Below are positions 25,516 to 38,290 of a stretch of DNA of 64,000 nt, one piece after another (position 1 is the stretch's first letter; each line of letters opens with the position of its first letter). Under the pieces are notes generated by a model. The model searched no databases. It was not told the origin of the DNA and was given only the letters and a program-made list of their open reading frames with translations. The translations under genes and the position numbers were made by a program. Origin of the DNA: Stegostoma tigrinum (Eukaryota); assembly GCF_030684315.1 (NCBI RefSeq), contig NC_081371.1, positions 48,862,390 through 48,926,389 on the forward strand. Direction: 5' to 3'.

Positions 25516-25993
25516 CATCTGCATTATGAAGGCTACAGCTGTATCCTCTTATGTTTAGACGAGTCAGAAGTGACTTAACAGAAATATATAAGACCCTGAT
25601 GGGCTTGACCGGGTGGATATGGAAAGGATATTTCCTCTTAGGGGAGAATCTAGAACAAAGGACTATAGTTTAAAAACAAGGGGTCACCCATTTAAGGCAC
25701 GAAATGAAGAACATTTTCTTTCCCCTCAGAGGGTTGAATGTCTCTGGAATTTCTCAACAGGTAGTGGTTGCAAAATCTTTAAATATTTTCAAAGTATAGG
25801 TAAATAGGTCCTTGATTACAAAGGAATGGAAGATTATCGGGACATGTAGAGTTGAGGTTCAAATCAGATCAGCCAGGATCTTACTGAATGGCAGAGCAGG
25901 TTCAAAGGGCTGAGTGGCCTACTGTTGTTCCTTGCTTGAATGTTACATTATTTGCTTCAGATTATATACAATAAAGTTCATGTAGACTGGTAC

Positions 25994-26117
25994 TTGATTC
26001 TTTCTCTAGCTGCATTTTCAAGTCTTCAATGATTTGTACATTATGATTCGCTTCTTTGGTGTACTGTTCTATTTGTCCCACCAGAGCCTTAATTTGATCA
26101 TCACGTTCTTGCAGGAC
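25994..26117 (-). CDS. CEP290: CEP290 exon 13 (VLQERDDQIKALVGQIEQYTKE...LEKES)
   Basis: 124 nt, phase 0-1, CAG/GT. Confidence 0.93.
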
Positions 26118-27566
26118 CTGGAAAGAAACATTTTTATCACATTCACTTTTTAGTAGTGAAGCCTTGGATTATATGGCAATAACTGCACATGGGGAATAAA
26201 CATAAATACAAACAAAAACAATGACTTTAAGAAGACCATAACTTGTGTAGCAGAACTTAATAACATATTGCGACAGTAGCACATTTAGTCAAGTTCAAAA
26301 AGGCCGATGCCCAAGACAAGTTCAAACCAACAATTACATCAGAGGGCAAAGAATCTTGTGAGAAAAGACATGTTAAGAATTAAGCCGAATTAAACCTTTA
26401 AAGTCTACAGTTGTCCACTGTTGGCAGGAATTGCTTATAACTAAGCAACAAGTCGTGATCCTCATATTTAGAAAAATTTTATTTCTTTCAGGGAATTGAA
26501 GAATTAAACCACTGGAGAGGCCGAAGGTGATAAATTCACCACAAAATTCTTAGCCTCTGACCCACTCTTGTGGCTATAGTATTTGTATGGCTCAAATGGT
26601 CCATTTCAGTTTCTAGTCAGTGGTAATACACCCCCGGCCACTCCCCCACCCACCCCTGTCAGTTATTCATGTTGACTGGATTCCAAGAACATTGGGAGAT
26701 ATGCCTTGTAGTTGTTTGTATATCAAGCCTAAGATTGAGTGATTTGTTTGATAAACAGAGCTTTGCCGCTGGTTGTGAGTTCAAAAGCTTCGCTCTGATT
26801 TTGCGCATGCAGTACTTCAACTAGGAGTGGTGTTGATCACAATTGCGGCCTTTTGCAAAATTATTCCAAAGGTGCCATAAATATCAAAGATGGTAGTATA
26901 CAAAATACAGACATTTGCTCCATTATTGAAAAGCTGTGAAGTAAAATTCAAACACTATAACTGAAAATCAAGAACTATCATAAAGTGATTCTTTCTCGCA
27001 GCATTCACCCCAAGTATAAACCTGAACACTTTTGTTAGAAAAGCATCCTGACTGAATGTTTATTTTAGAGTTAAAACAAATTGCAGGGCAGATTAGGTAA
27101 AGTGAAAACAACATAACTGAAAGGAAAGCAATTTCCAAATATGTTGCAATTTTCTTCAATTGTTATCCAAAATGTTATAACTAAATGACCAATTTTAACG
27201 TTATTCATCCTTTGTAATGTGATTTTGCGCATTAGAGAATTGTTAACAGCTAAACAGAATGTTTTTGGAAAGTAAATAGAACAGAAAAGAGAATAGTTAC
27301 AGAAGGTGAGTGAAGGAAAATTGTGATGCATTTAATTGTAAAGTAATAGAAATGTACTTACTACTTAGAGTTCTTCTACGATCTAAAGATAACCACAATT
27401 GAAGGACGGCAATTGAAAAGGTTGAAGGCAAGCATATTTTTAGATCTTAAGAATAGTTTGCAGTGAATAAGGTGAAAAGTAAGTCTATTAGTAATGTAAG
27501 CATGGCTTACCTAAGAAATTACGAAAATGGAAGAGGTTAAAATTAACATTTGACCAATTGGCACAC

Positions 27567-27689
27567 CTGTTGGAGAGTAATGACGCTGCTCTTGTCACTA
27601 TCAAACTCAGCAATTACTAGTTTCGTTCGAAGTTCTTGCAATTTCTGTTGATACTCGCTGATTTCTTTATCCTTGGCAGACAATACTTT
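27567..27689 (-). CDS. CEP290: CEP290 exon 12 (KVLSAKDKEISEYQQKL...DKSSVITLQQ)
   Basis: 123 nt, CAG/GTGTGC boundaries; preceded by an 80-nt intron. Confidence 0.95.
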
Positions 27690-27769
27690 CTGTAAAAGTT
27701 CAAATGTAGCCTTAAAATCTTAGATGCCATTGCTAATTAGATCAATTTCAAACAAGCAGTGACATTTAC

Positions 27770-27859
27770 CTTCCATTCCTCAATCTTTGCATTTACTGCC
27801 AACATCACAGGATCATCTTCCTCAGTTGTGGCTTGCAGCTGGTTGGTCAGATCTTGTAC
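27770..27859 (-). CDS. CEP290: CEP290 exon 11 (VQDLTNQLQATTEEDDPVMLAVNAKIEEWK)
   Basis: 90 nt, CAG/GTAAAT boundaries. Confidence 0.96.
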
Positions 27860-30510
27860 CTGTTTATAGGAATGATATGACAGTGTTGGCAGAAATAGCT
27901 TGAATTCAGAGGTAGAGTTTTCAACTGAATTAACTTCAAAATTCCAGATTAATAAAGCCTACCACATTCACAACATATTATGTAGCTTTTGTTTTAAAGA
28001 AAATGTCCAATATCTTGCCCTTAAATAAATCTGTGTGAATCGCACTTCAGGAGTGGATCACATTCTGTGATGCATGTTTTAAGTTTGCCATGCACCATAC
28101 TGAATCTCTACTGCTGTTGCCTTGCTACATATCTAAACCATTGATATAGGGTCACCTTCTCTATTTCATCAAGTATTTTATGCCTATCACGACAGATTTG
28201 ATTTTCCGCCAACACCTTCATCTATGTTCCACAAGCAGACCAAATTTTGTATGAACTGAAAACTGGGCGAAGCACCTGTTTCCATGCTGTAGACATCTAT
28301 GACTCTATGAAGGATAGCATGCCGTGGAGTTAATAATTATCCTTTGATTTTAATACTTTACATCAAGGTGGTAAATAAAAAAGGAAAAATCTTCACAGTC
28401 TTACCAGACTATCGGTCTTCTCTCTCATTACAGAGCAATGACTGGTGATAGTTCTCCCAACCAGGCCTCAGATGAGGGGAGAGGGAGAGAAATAAAGTCC
28501 TTCAGGTCAGTGCAGAGATTGAACCCACACTGTTAGCATATCTCTGCATCGCAAACCATCCAACCGAGCTAACCAACACCCAAAGATGATAAATAATACA
28601 TTGGTGGGCCATCTTATTCAGGTTAAGACTAATAATCTGATTTATTTGAGATATATACAGAAAAATGCATACTCATCATGAAACCACGAGGTCCAACACC
28701 AGATTATAAAATGATTCAATACAAGGAGAGAGTTGTTTCTTCCCAAGTCTTTGGTGGCCATTCAAAGACCAAATGTTGCAATTTATTCTGAAAGTTCACT
28801 TCTCATGCTTGTGCCACTTGAAACAAATACCCTTGCTCTGACTTCTGTCTGTCTGATTGCCTGGTCGAAGTACAGTCAGGTCGGGGCTACGGAAATGGAC
28901 TATCAATTCAGATGCTTTGAAGGCAAAGCTAATTACAACAACTGGTCACTTATGAAGGTTAATTTTAAAAAAATGGATCACATCTTTTTGAGACATTTCC
29001 TCAGTCTCCCTCTCTATTAATTTCCTTCTTGATTAGTAAAAGTCCAATTGAATTTCATTTTGCATGCAGCTCAGTACCTCTCCACATTTCTTCTGATTTC
29101 ACCCAACAAAAAATGTGCTGATTAACAATCCTTTCATGAGCCTTAAGGCTAACTTTGCTTAAACATCCTTTTTAAATTCAACTATACGAACTTAATAATC
29201 TTAAAATAACTTTGACATCAATCAACTGCATACATTTCAAGGGAATAACAACACATTGTTTTAGGCACCTTCTGTATCTCAGTGCAATAATTCAGCTAGT
29301 GTCATACTTATATAAAACATCCCATGTTTAAATTTCAATTCAAGCATGTAATCTGTTTTGGAATGGGAGGTAAAAATGATAGAAGATTAATAGCAGTCCC
29401 CAACTTGCCTTTCCCTCTATTTATAGTCAACCAGCCATTTTTCAGTATTACTTCTCATTCTCAAAGGCATCTCACCTTCCACCTTCAATCAAACTTCACT
29501 ACTGACACAATTTAGCCTACAAAAGCATTGAGTAACACAAAAAATTTAGCTGACTGATCAGCGTGGTCATTTGCCAGTGTGGAACAGTGCTTCTCCCTGC
29601 AGAATATTCTTAAGCTTGCTTTTTAAACTGAATTGTTATTTGTTTGAGACAGACTGCAATCAAAACAGAAACTGAACTGGAGGAAGAAGGAGGCAAACAT
29701 AGAAATAAAATTGACTTTGAGTTTACAATGAAAGCAAAAACAAACAAGTTTTGATGTCAAAACTGCAAACTGACAATGTTTAAAAGATATAAAAATCTTG
29801 GATCAATGGTTTCAATCGATCAATAGTAGATGAAACCAGTGTCACAGAAGAGGGAAGACTGAAGAAGAGTGTCCAAATTGGATTTGAGAATAAATTGCTG
29901 TAGCTATTTTGTCACCAAAAGATAATATTTTAGGTCTACCCCATTCAGCCTAAGTCGAGAAAGGCCTACAGTCATATACCATTTATGGTAAACACGTTGC
30001 CTGTGGAACTTGGGTTGGTTATGCATTGCTTTCAGCTGTGATCAGACTAGCTCACAGGAAAGAAGCTGAAATTGTCTCTGAAAGACAGAGTTTGAAGGGC
30101 TTTGTGACAGTGTGGTCAGTAAAATCTCAATGGGTTACGAAGCCAGTTTCTAAGATCTGTCATTTAATGTACAATTTAAATTTACATTTGACCACAATTT
30201 GCCAATAAATTCAATTTTAACTCAGATTGATTCTGAATGTTGAAGTATCAGGCAAGTGATACTAAGTGTTTGGTTTGCGCTTAGTAGAAAAATAGTCTGC
30301 TCTCAAGGCGGGCTTCTACTGAGACCGCAATTCTTGTCCTTCCTGCAAAGACCTAATGGAGTCTGCCAACCTCAACCTTCAGAGGCCATAAGATGAACAT
30401 CAGCCACAAGCAGAAATTTAATTTGGGTTTTCAAAGTCTAGAGGCCAGTGATTTGATATCATTAACTGATTCAATTAGTTATGATTAATGGAAGTAAGTC
30501 TTCCCCTTAC

Positions 30511-30693
30511 CTGAAGCAACAGCTGCCCCTTTTCTCGTTTGAATTGATCCATAGCGCTGTCAGATTGCTGCACAATCAGTTTCATTTTGTTGTATTCATC
30601 AGTCATCTTGTCCATCTCTTGCACGGACTCTTCCAGTTTTTGTTGCAACTGTTTGTTCTGTGCCTCCAGCTTTTCATTGGCTTCAGATAAATT
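30511..30693 (-). CDS. CEP290: CEP290 exon 10 ([13 protein letters not shown]...[19 protein letters not shown]...LLLQ)
   Basis: 183 nt, TAG/GTAAGG boundaries. Confidence 0.97.
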
Positions 30694-31879
30694 CTAGACG
30701 GGGAAAAGAAAACCACAATAATTCAAAAGGTGTAATCAACAATTTGCTGCCAAAGAGCATTGCCTAATCTTTCTAAAAACTGAACCACACAGTTGGTGAA
30801 GAACATTGTGTACACTTGCATGATCTCAATTATGAAAGACTTAGTCTGGAAGGCTCTGCAACCTTCACTGTGAAAGGTGTTAATCAGTGAAAGCACCAAC
30901 AGTCTCACTTTGTTTGGCATTTTGTTTATTAATGTGATATATGTGAGATAAAGACGTAAGAAATAGGAGCAGGAGTAAGCCATACAGCATCTTATGTCTT
31001 CCCTACCTTTCAATAAGATAAAGGTTAACCTATTCCAACCAAATGTTCCTGTCCTGTATTGTATCCCTCAAAACTCATGGTGAAATGAGTAATATTTATT
31101 GCCTATCTTTGGTTACCCAGATAACAAGCTGACAGTAGCTACTTTTATTGTGGCCAATTCTTTACAACTGAAGGAAAAGTTTTAATCCCTCCTCCACAGC
31201 ATCTTTGCTGGTGGAAGGGGCATTTTATCAGGCAGGAGCATCCAATCAAGTCCACATTGTGAGGCCAGTGGTTGGCTTTTCCATCAGCCAAAGTGGACAT
31301 GTTGAGTTACTCATCCTATTGCTGCTGGTGTTGAACCAGCGATGGGCATAGGGCTTCACATGTGAGAAGCATGATGAGCAAACCTGGCAATATTTACTCA
31401 TAGGCTTCAGTCTGGAGGCTTCCTGTTCAAAGGCATTCAGCATCCTGGAATTGCGAAAGGAACAGCCAAGTGGAGCTCATTTCCCCTGTTGCCAATAAAC
31501 CTTGCCTGTGACCTGCCATCGCTCACTGATGCGGTGCAATCCGTGGCCTCAGGTAGGTGCAGTACCAGCAGCAGGCACCTACAATAGGTTGGTGCTGATG
31601 TGTAAGGACAAGCTGCCAGCTCAAGATTGGCCAAGAGGCCTTGGTGGTGGGCTGGCTATCAGAGGCTCACCAACTGGTGATCAAAATCCACAAGACCCTT
31701 GAAAAATATTGTGTTTTCAGCTGTCTGAATGACATTAAGAGGCAACAATGCAGATCATCATAAACTAGATGAGATTTAGCAGATTCCCTTACCCGAGAAG
31801 CATGGTGTCCCTTGTTCTTAGATAAAACAAGACATCCATGGAATTGTAAAAATATAGACACATTCACATACGTGGAAGA

Positions 31880-32215
31880 TGATGGTGTGGTGATAATGTT
31901 GCTAAACTCATTACATGGAGACTCAGTATAATTCTCCAGAATACAGGTGAAATTTAAATTAGATTAGTAAAGCTGAAGTTCGAGTCTCAGTAATCATGAC
32001 ATCATGTGATCATGACAACAATCACTAACTGTTGTAAAAACCCACCTCATGACCTGGAAACCTGCCATCCTTACCTGGTCTGGCCTACATCTGACTCCAG
32101 ACCCACAGTTGTGGTTGTCGCTTAACAATCCTGTGAAATGACCTCACAAACCATTCAATTCAAGGTCAATTAGGGATGGCCAACAAGTGTTAGTGACACC
32201 CTCATTCCATCAACG
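31880..32215 (+). mobile_element. SINE with LINE-derived tail; related minus-strand copies at ~39020-39300 and ~60255-60600
   Basis: ctgccatccttacctggtctggcctaca…gactccagacccacag block and caattagggatgg tail shared with the LINE at 9690. Confidence 0.7.
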
Positions 32216-32280
32216 AAAGTAAATACAAGGTGGAATAACTAGCTAGAAAATGCAGAGGAATATTTTAAAATGTGAAGTAC

Positions 32281-32433
32281 CTGAATTTCATCCAAATATT
32301 GTGCAAGCTCCTTGTTCTTTTTGGACAGCTGTATTCTGCAGTCTGAATCATCTCCTCTTCTATTAAGAAGAGTCTCCCTCTGAGAATCTATTTGTTTCTG
32401 ATAGTCAACAACATCTTGGCGTAATTGATCATT
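32281..32433 (-). CDS. CEP290: CEP290 exon 9 (NDQLRQDVVDYQKQIDSQRETLL...YLDEIQ)
   Basis: 153 nt, AG/GT, strong homology; lies within ORF 32239-32439. Confidence 0.97.
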
Positions 32434-32583
32434 CTGCAAAAAGTATCAATAATCCAGATGATTTAGTCATTTCATCCACAAGATAACTGACACACATTCT
32501 TGAAACCAATAATGATGTAGTCTAATTGCACTAATAATAGTGATCATCAGTTATTTAGCCAGGCATTTTTATGATGCTCTTAC

Positions 32584-32604
32584 CTCTCTTTTAAGTCTTT
32601 TTTT
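32584..32604 (-). CDS. CEP290: CEP290 exon 8 microexon (KKRLKRE)
   Basis: 21 nt, pyrimidine tract plus AAG acceptor, donor GTAAGA. Corresponds to the human NKRLKKK microexon. Confidence 0.85.
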
Positions 32605-32821
32605 CTTTGACAAAGAAAAGTGAATGAGAAAGAAAAGACTAAGACAGTCATGTTAGCAAGGACAAACATTTTAGTGAGAAAATCATTAATGAGACAGCAA
32701 GAAAGCTTTAAAAACAAGCAAAACTCAAAAGTAAAGAAGCTGAAATAGTTATAATGGCCTGCAAATATGTTTTTCATTTAATTAGTATTCACAATTAGAT
32801 TTGTGTGTTTTCATCACTAAC

Positions 32822-32875
32822 CTCTCTTCTTAGTTTGTTGTTTTCATTTTCTATCTCCTTAATTCGAATTCCCAC
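32822..32875 (-). CDS. CEP290: CEP290 exon 7 (VGIRIKEIENENNKLRRE)
   Basis: 54 nt, TAG/GTTAGT boundaries, homologous to human AENENSKLRRE. Confidence 0.93.
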
Positions 32876-34756
32876 CTAAAGAACACCATAAAAAGGTAAA
32901 TATCTGTACTGTATAATACAGAAAATGTGAGCAGCCTAGTAACAATCATGAGTAGCTTCCTGGTGCCGTAAAAAATATTAAGCAGTTACTACATTATGAA
33001 ATTATCACTTTTTTTGCAGGTTGCAACCAGCAAACTCCCCATCGATGTTGCGAGAACGGACGTCAGTTGTAGAAAATTTAACTGCATTATTAATTTTCTA
33101 AAATGATAGATTAATATATGTGACCACGCAGAAGGGTGTTTCACAAAGGTTCTGCAAGAGGTCTGCAACTTCCTCTCTGCTGTGCTTGGTTAGGGGCAAA
33201 CATGATAAATGAACAAAGGACTTTAGGAAGCATGGGGACTTAGCATGGACTACTAATAAATATGGTACAGCTTTGGTGGCACACATATGCAGGCATTTAC
33301 ACGAGATTATTGCTATCTAAGTAGTTTACAAGATTATTTTCTTTGTCTCCGTCATTTCCCAGATTCCAAAGACACAAAGTAGGCCCACACAACCATCTTG
33401 TATCAGAACATTGTTGACCTGTACTTGGGAGGGATGGATTAAAACTAGACAATCTCTGGGATATAAACCAAAACTAGGCCCTTGTGACTTCCCAGACATT
33501 GCACAATGCAGCCTGGGAGTTGTTTCAGATCATGGAACTTCTTGTGCAAAGAGCAACAGCTTGCAACACCAAATCCTCCTGTCTCTGACTCTCAATACCT
33601 GTCGCTGTGCAATTTGCTGCACTACAGTTAGGGATTTAAGAGTATTAGAGTTGGTTAACATACTTTGAACAACTGTTCTACACTACCACTGGAACTGCGC
33701 AGTAAGGAAAGTTCCCTAGCTCATTTGCAAGGCTTGGTAACTTTGAGAATCTCACCCTTAAGACAATGGGCAGAATAATTTGTTGTGTGGCGTCTGCAAT
33801 ACACAGTGGCCAGCAAATTTAGTCATGTATTTGCACTGCCTAATTACTAGCCAAATTTCACAGAACGTGGGGATTCTCTTTAAAGCAGTGATGGAATCTT
33901 GAACTGTGCACATTTCAAAACTGTGATAAAAGTTGCTGCTTTTGGACCACATGACTCAACAGCCCACCATTTCCTAGCCCTGTCTATTAAAGTGAACCGA
34001 TGAAAATCTGCAGCTCAAAACAGAATATTTCAGTCATCATATTCTAGTTCAATGAACAGTGAACATTGCATTATCATACTTTAATGTTTGAGCCAGATAT
34101 GTGAAGTAAGAATATCTTTCAATTGTTAGGTTCTCTCATGTAGCAATGTCTGTTGAAAGCATTCATCTGGATAGGTCACACCATACTTCATGCAGCTATG
34201 ACCTCTTCCCTGACACAACCAGGGGTTATCAGTGGCATTCAAAGGGCATGGCACTCCACTGAAAATTGGGGTCACATATATCACAGTTGTAACAGTATGA
34301 AATTTCTTCTACGGCTAGCCTACCCCTGCATTTGATGCTGGTTATATCCTGAAACTGTATGCTTTCATTTAATCATGTATAACCCTAGGATGCATTCAGA
34401 GGGTTCCAATCCATACACTTCCTCACCCAGAGAATGTGAGAATGGGCAACTCATGCAAGTGATAGAGGAAAATGGCACAGATGTATTTAGATGAAGCAAG
34501 ATATACACAAAGGAGAAAGGAGTTGAAAGTTGTGCTGATTAAGTGGGATGGAGAGGGTGGCTGGCAAAAGGATGTTCATGTTCATGAGAGGGGGTTGGTA
34601 GAGACTAGTTGGGCTGAATAGCCTGTTTTGAAATTGTAAATTCTAATTTCATATCTTTCTAATCACGTTCTTTTCACAAGTCCAATTTAAAAGACGAACA
34701 GAGAAAATTATCACAGCACATTGCATCTGGTGTTGCCCTCGGCTCAGTTTCCATAC

Positions 34757-34900
34757 TTGCTCAACAATTTTCTTTTCCTTGTTTAGCTCTTTTTCCATTT
34801 CTGAAACCTCCCGGTCTTTGAACTGCAGTTGGTTTTCCACTTGACGAAGTTCTTCTCGCAAGAATCGGGTATCACGCCCACCAGCACTCACTTGAGCCAT
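34757..34900 (-). CDS. CEP290: CEP290 exon 6 (MAQVSAGGRDTRFLREE...KKIVEQ)
   Basis: 144 nt, AG/GT, contains the SAGGRDTRFLR motif; lies within ORF 34649-34915. Confidence 0.97.
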
Positions 34901-35399
34901 CTGGGACAGAAACAAAGTGGAGCATTGCTCACTTCTGAATACCTAAGCATTTCAAGTCACAATAAACTGACGTGGAAATATAGAAATGACATGTGCAATG
35001 AAAATCTTTTACTATGATTCATATCAACATCACACACCAGAATATGTATGGATGAGAACAAAGCCTATGTCATTCCATTTCCATGACATGTGCCAAAAAT
35101 TGCCCCATGTTTACCAGGAAATAATACAATTCTGCAGAGGTGCAGTTGTCATTCAGAGAATAATTCGAACATTAAAAAAAAGTAAAATTATCGCAGCTGT
35201 CTTTTGGCCATGTCCATAAGTCACACTGTTGAGTATTTGCCAACTATGAAGTACTTCTCTGCCATACTGGTGCAACCTGCATCATTTGGCTTGTCCCCTT
35301 AAGATCACAAAGGTCAGGTGCTTATTTGCACATGCTAAGGATAGCTGCAGATTAGGAAATAAATTCTTTTTGCAGACTGGAAGTTATCAGATGCACAGT

Positions 35400-35845
35400 A
35401 TCAACTGTAGCTCAATTGGTAGCACTGACTCCCAACCCAGGAAGCTATGGCCACAATTTCCACCTCCAAGACTAAAGCACAGAAGTGTAGGCTGACACTC
35501 CAGTGCAATGTTAAAGGAGATTTTCAACTTTTGGAGGGACTGTCTTTTGGATGAAGTGTTAAAGTAAAGTGTCACTTACTCCCTCAGGAGAACATTTCGA
35601 AGAAAATTTGGGGAGATATCCCCAGAATCCTGAGCAATAATTATTCTTCAATCAACTGTATCAAATAAGATTACTTCGTCAATATCACATGGCTATTTGT
35701 GGGAGTTTACTATGTGTAAATTGGCTGTCAGGTTTTCAAAATTTCAAGACTTTCTTACGTGACACTTCTGACTCCTTCATACTGATTCACTCGAAAGTGC
35801 TTTCCAACGTCCAGGGGGATAGATTTGCTATATAAATGCTTGTCT
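35400..35845 (+). mobile_element. Deu-domain SINE (SacSINE1/AmnSINE1-like)
   Basis: tRNA-like head, ggctgacactccagtgca, gtcttttggatga and tgtgggagtttactatgtgtaaattggctg blocks, tail gctatataaatgc. A second copy lies at ~47675-48065. Confidence 0.7.
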
Positions 35846-36559
35846 CTCTCTTTTTATTCTAATTTTTAAGTCAAACACAAGATAAAATGCCTGGCTTACG
35901 TCGGCCTAGCGAACCATACCGCTGCTTTCACATTCGAAAGACGCGACTACTTCAGTTTAACTGGAGAATCACCATGTGCTAAGGAAGGAAGAGGTTGAGA
36001 AAGAAAGTCCATCATGGTAACTTCAGCAGGTGTGGCAACTGAATTCAAGCTGCTGGCATCACTCTGCATTGCAAACCAGCTATTCAGCTAACTGAGCTAA
36101 CCAACCCCTACATTGTACATGTACAGACACATATATATAATTCTATACGCGCATGGAGCAGCGAGTTTGAGAAATGTTAAAACTACCTGAAACCTACTGG
36201 ATACTACTTCACAGTTAATAAGTATCTTCTGAAGTATAGTTACTGCTATCATTTGACATACACACAGGCAATTTTTGTATAGCATCTCAAAAACTACAAA
36301 TTAGATTATCTGTCAAACTCTGGTGTCCAAGGAAAATGTTGGTCAGTTGGAAACTTGTAATCTATTAGTCTTCCACAATTAAATATGAGCTGAGTTTGGC
36401 ATTTTATCTAAAAACAGTGTCTCAGATAATGGGCCAATGCCTCAGCTGGAGTGCCAGCCTGAAATTAGATGCTCAAATATTAGCCTGCGGCTTCTTCTCA
36501 CAAGTTACTGGTTCAAAAGGCATGAGTTCATATTTAAGTCCATATTAAAGCAAATTTTT

Positions 36560-37610
36560 TTCTATTTCAAAGTGAATGGAGTATAACATTAGGGATATTT
36601 TGTTAAAACAATACAAAGCACTAGTCAGACAACTGCTGGAATAACGTGAATAGTTTTGGGGCCCTTACTGATGGAAAGGTAGGTTGACATTGGAGGCAGT
36701 CCAGAAAATGTTCATGAGCTTGATCACAGGTATGGGGAGATGTTCAGAAGAGGAAAGGTAGACTGGGTTGGATTTGCACACTTTAAAATATAGAAAGATG
36801 AGCGCAGGCCTTATTGAAACATACAAGATTCTTTCCTCCCCACCCCCCACTGCATCCCAAAACTAGCCCAGCTCGTCCCCGCCTCCCTAACCCGTTCTTC
36901 CTCTCACCTATCCCCTCCTCCCACCTCAAGCCGCACCTCCATTTCCTATCTACTAACTTCATCCCGCCCCCTTGACCTGTCCATCCTCCCTGGACTGACC
37001 TACCTCCTCCCTAACTCCCCACCTACACTCACCTCTACTGGCTCCATCCCCGCCCCTTTAACTTGTCTGTCTCCTCTCCATCTATCTTCTCCTCTATCCA
37101 TCTTCGATCCGCCTCCCTCTCTCCCTATTTATTTCAGAACCCTCTCCCCCTTCTCCTTTTCTGATGAAGGGTCTAGGCCCAAAACATCAGCTTTTGTGCT
37201 CCTGAGATGCTGCCTGGTCTGCTGTGTTCATTCAGCTCCACACTTTGTTATCTAAGATTCTCAGTGGACATGACAGAATGAACACAGAAAGGTTGTTGTG
37301 AGAGAGGCTAGAACCACAGGGTATAATCTCAGAAAATGGGGTTGCACATTTATGACAGAGTTAAACAGGCATTTCTTTTTTCATAGGTTTGTGATTCTTC
37401 ATGATTCTTTACCATAGAGAGCTGTTGAGGCTGCGTCATTAAGAATATTCAAGGTTGAGATAGACAGATTTTTAATCAATGGGGGAATCAAGGGTCACGG
37501 GGAAAAGGCAGTAAAGTGAAATGGAGGGTAATCAGATCAACCATGATCAGATTAAATAGCAGACCAGACTCAATGAGTTGAACGGCCTTCTTCTGCTCCA
37601 ATGTCTTAGT
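36560..37610 (+). mobile_element. CR1 LINE 3' part split by the PLE fragment 36833-37253
   Basis: C-terminal ORF2 motifs and 3' tail ggccttcttctgctcc. Confidence 0.8.
36833..37253 (+). mobile_element. PLE 3'-end fragment with decayed hammerhead, inserted in a CR1 LINE
   Basis: Homologous to the reverse complement of ~41049-41420. 8-bp TSD AAGATTCT at 36825-36832 and 37254-37261; the CR1 frame IETYKIL|SGHDR resumes after it. Confidence 0.88.
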
Positions 37611-38060
37611 CAGCATCCGTAAAACCCAAAGGATTTATTAAAGTATTTGGTTCAGCATGGTGTGTTTAGATGAAAAGGTGCAGGAGAATGTTTTTATTTT
37701 ATAAAGCTGGCATGACCAGGTGGAAAAATGGTATGTTTCTGAGCTTTAGACTTTAAGCATATCTATAGAGTCATAACAGCATGAGAACAGTCCTTTTGGT
37801 CCAACTCATCCATGCCAATCAGATATCCTAAATTAATCTAGTCCCATTTGGCCATATCCCTGTAAACCCTTCCTATTCATATTTCAATCCAGATGCCTTT
37901 TAAATGTTGTATTGTACCAGCCTCCGCTACTTACTTTGGCAACCAATTCCACACACACACCACCTGCGTGAAAAAGTTGCCCCTTAGATCCTTTTTAAAT
38001 CCTTCCTCTTATCTATGTACTAACATTACGGGAAGGAAGACAATAAAAGTTCACACTTAC

Positions 38061-38107
38061 CTCCAACTCATTCTCTAGCTTAAGAACTTTTGCTTTCAGC
38101 TGGTTTT
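38061..38107 (-). CDS. CEP290: CEP290 exon 5 (ENQLKAKVLKLENELE)
   Basis: 47 nt, phase 1-0, donor GTAAGT. Confidence 0.95.
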
Positions 38108-38220
38108 CTAGGGAGTAAATAAATAACAAATAAATGCCTACATTTAATTGTTCATTGCAACCTGTAAGGTAACACCAAGCATACAGGGAAAAACAAAACG
38201 ACTACAAAACAGTGAGTTAC

Positions 38221-38290
38221 CTGTCTTGGCTTGTTCTTCCCCTGCTTTTTCAACTTCTTCAAGAGCCAACTCAACCTCTTGTGCTTTCAT
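38221..38290 (-). CDS. CEP290: CEP290 exon 4 (MKAQEVELALEEVEKAGEEQAKT)
   Basis: 70 nt, AG/GT, near-identical to the human peptide. Confidence 0.97.

Larger units (their letters stand above)
23090..25945 (+). mobile_element. CR1 LINE 3' part (23090-23511 and 25520-25945) split by the PLE
   Basis: LVRLHLEY.VQ-like and MERIFPLRGESRTK..SLKTRG segments; 3' tail ggctgagtggcctact. Confidence 0.8.
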
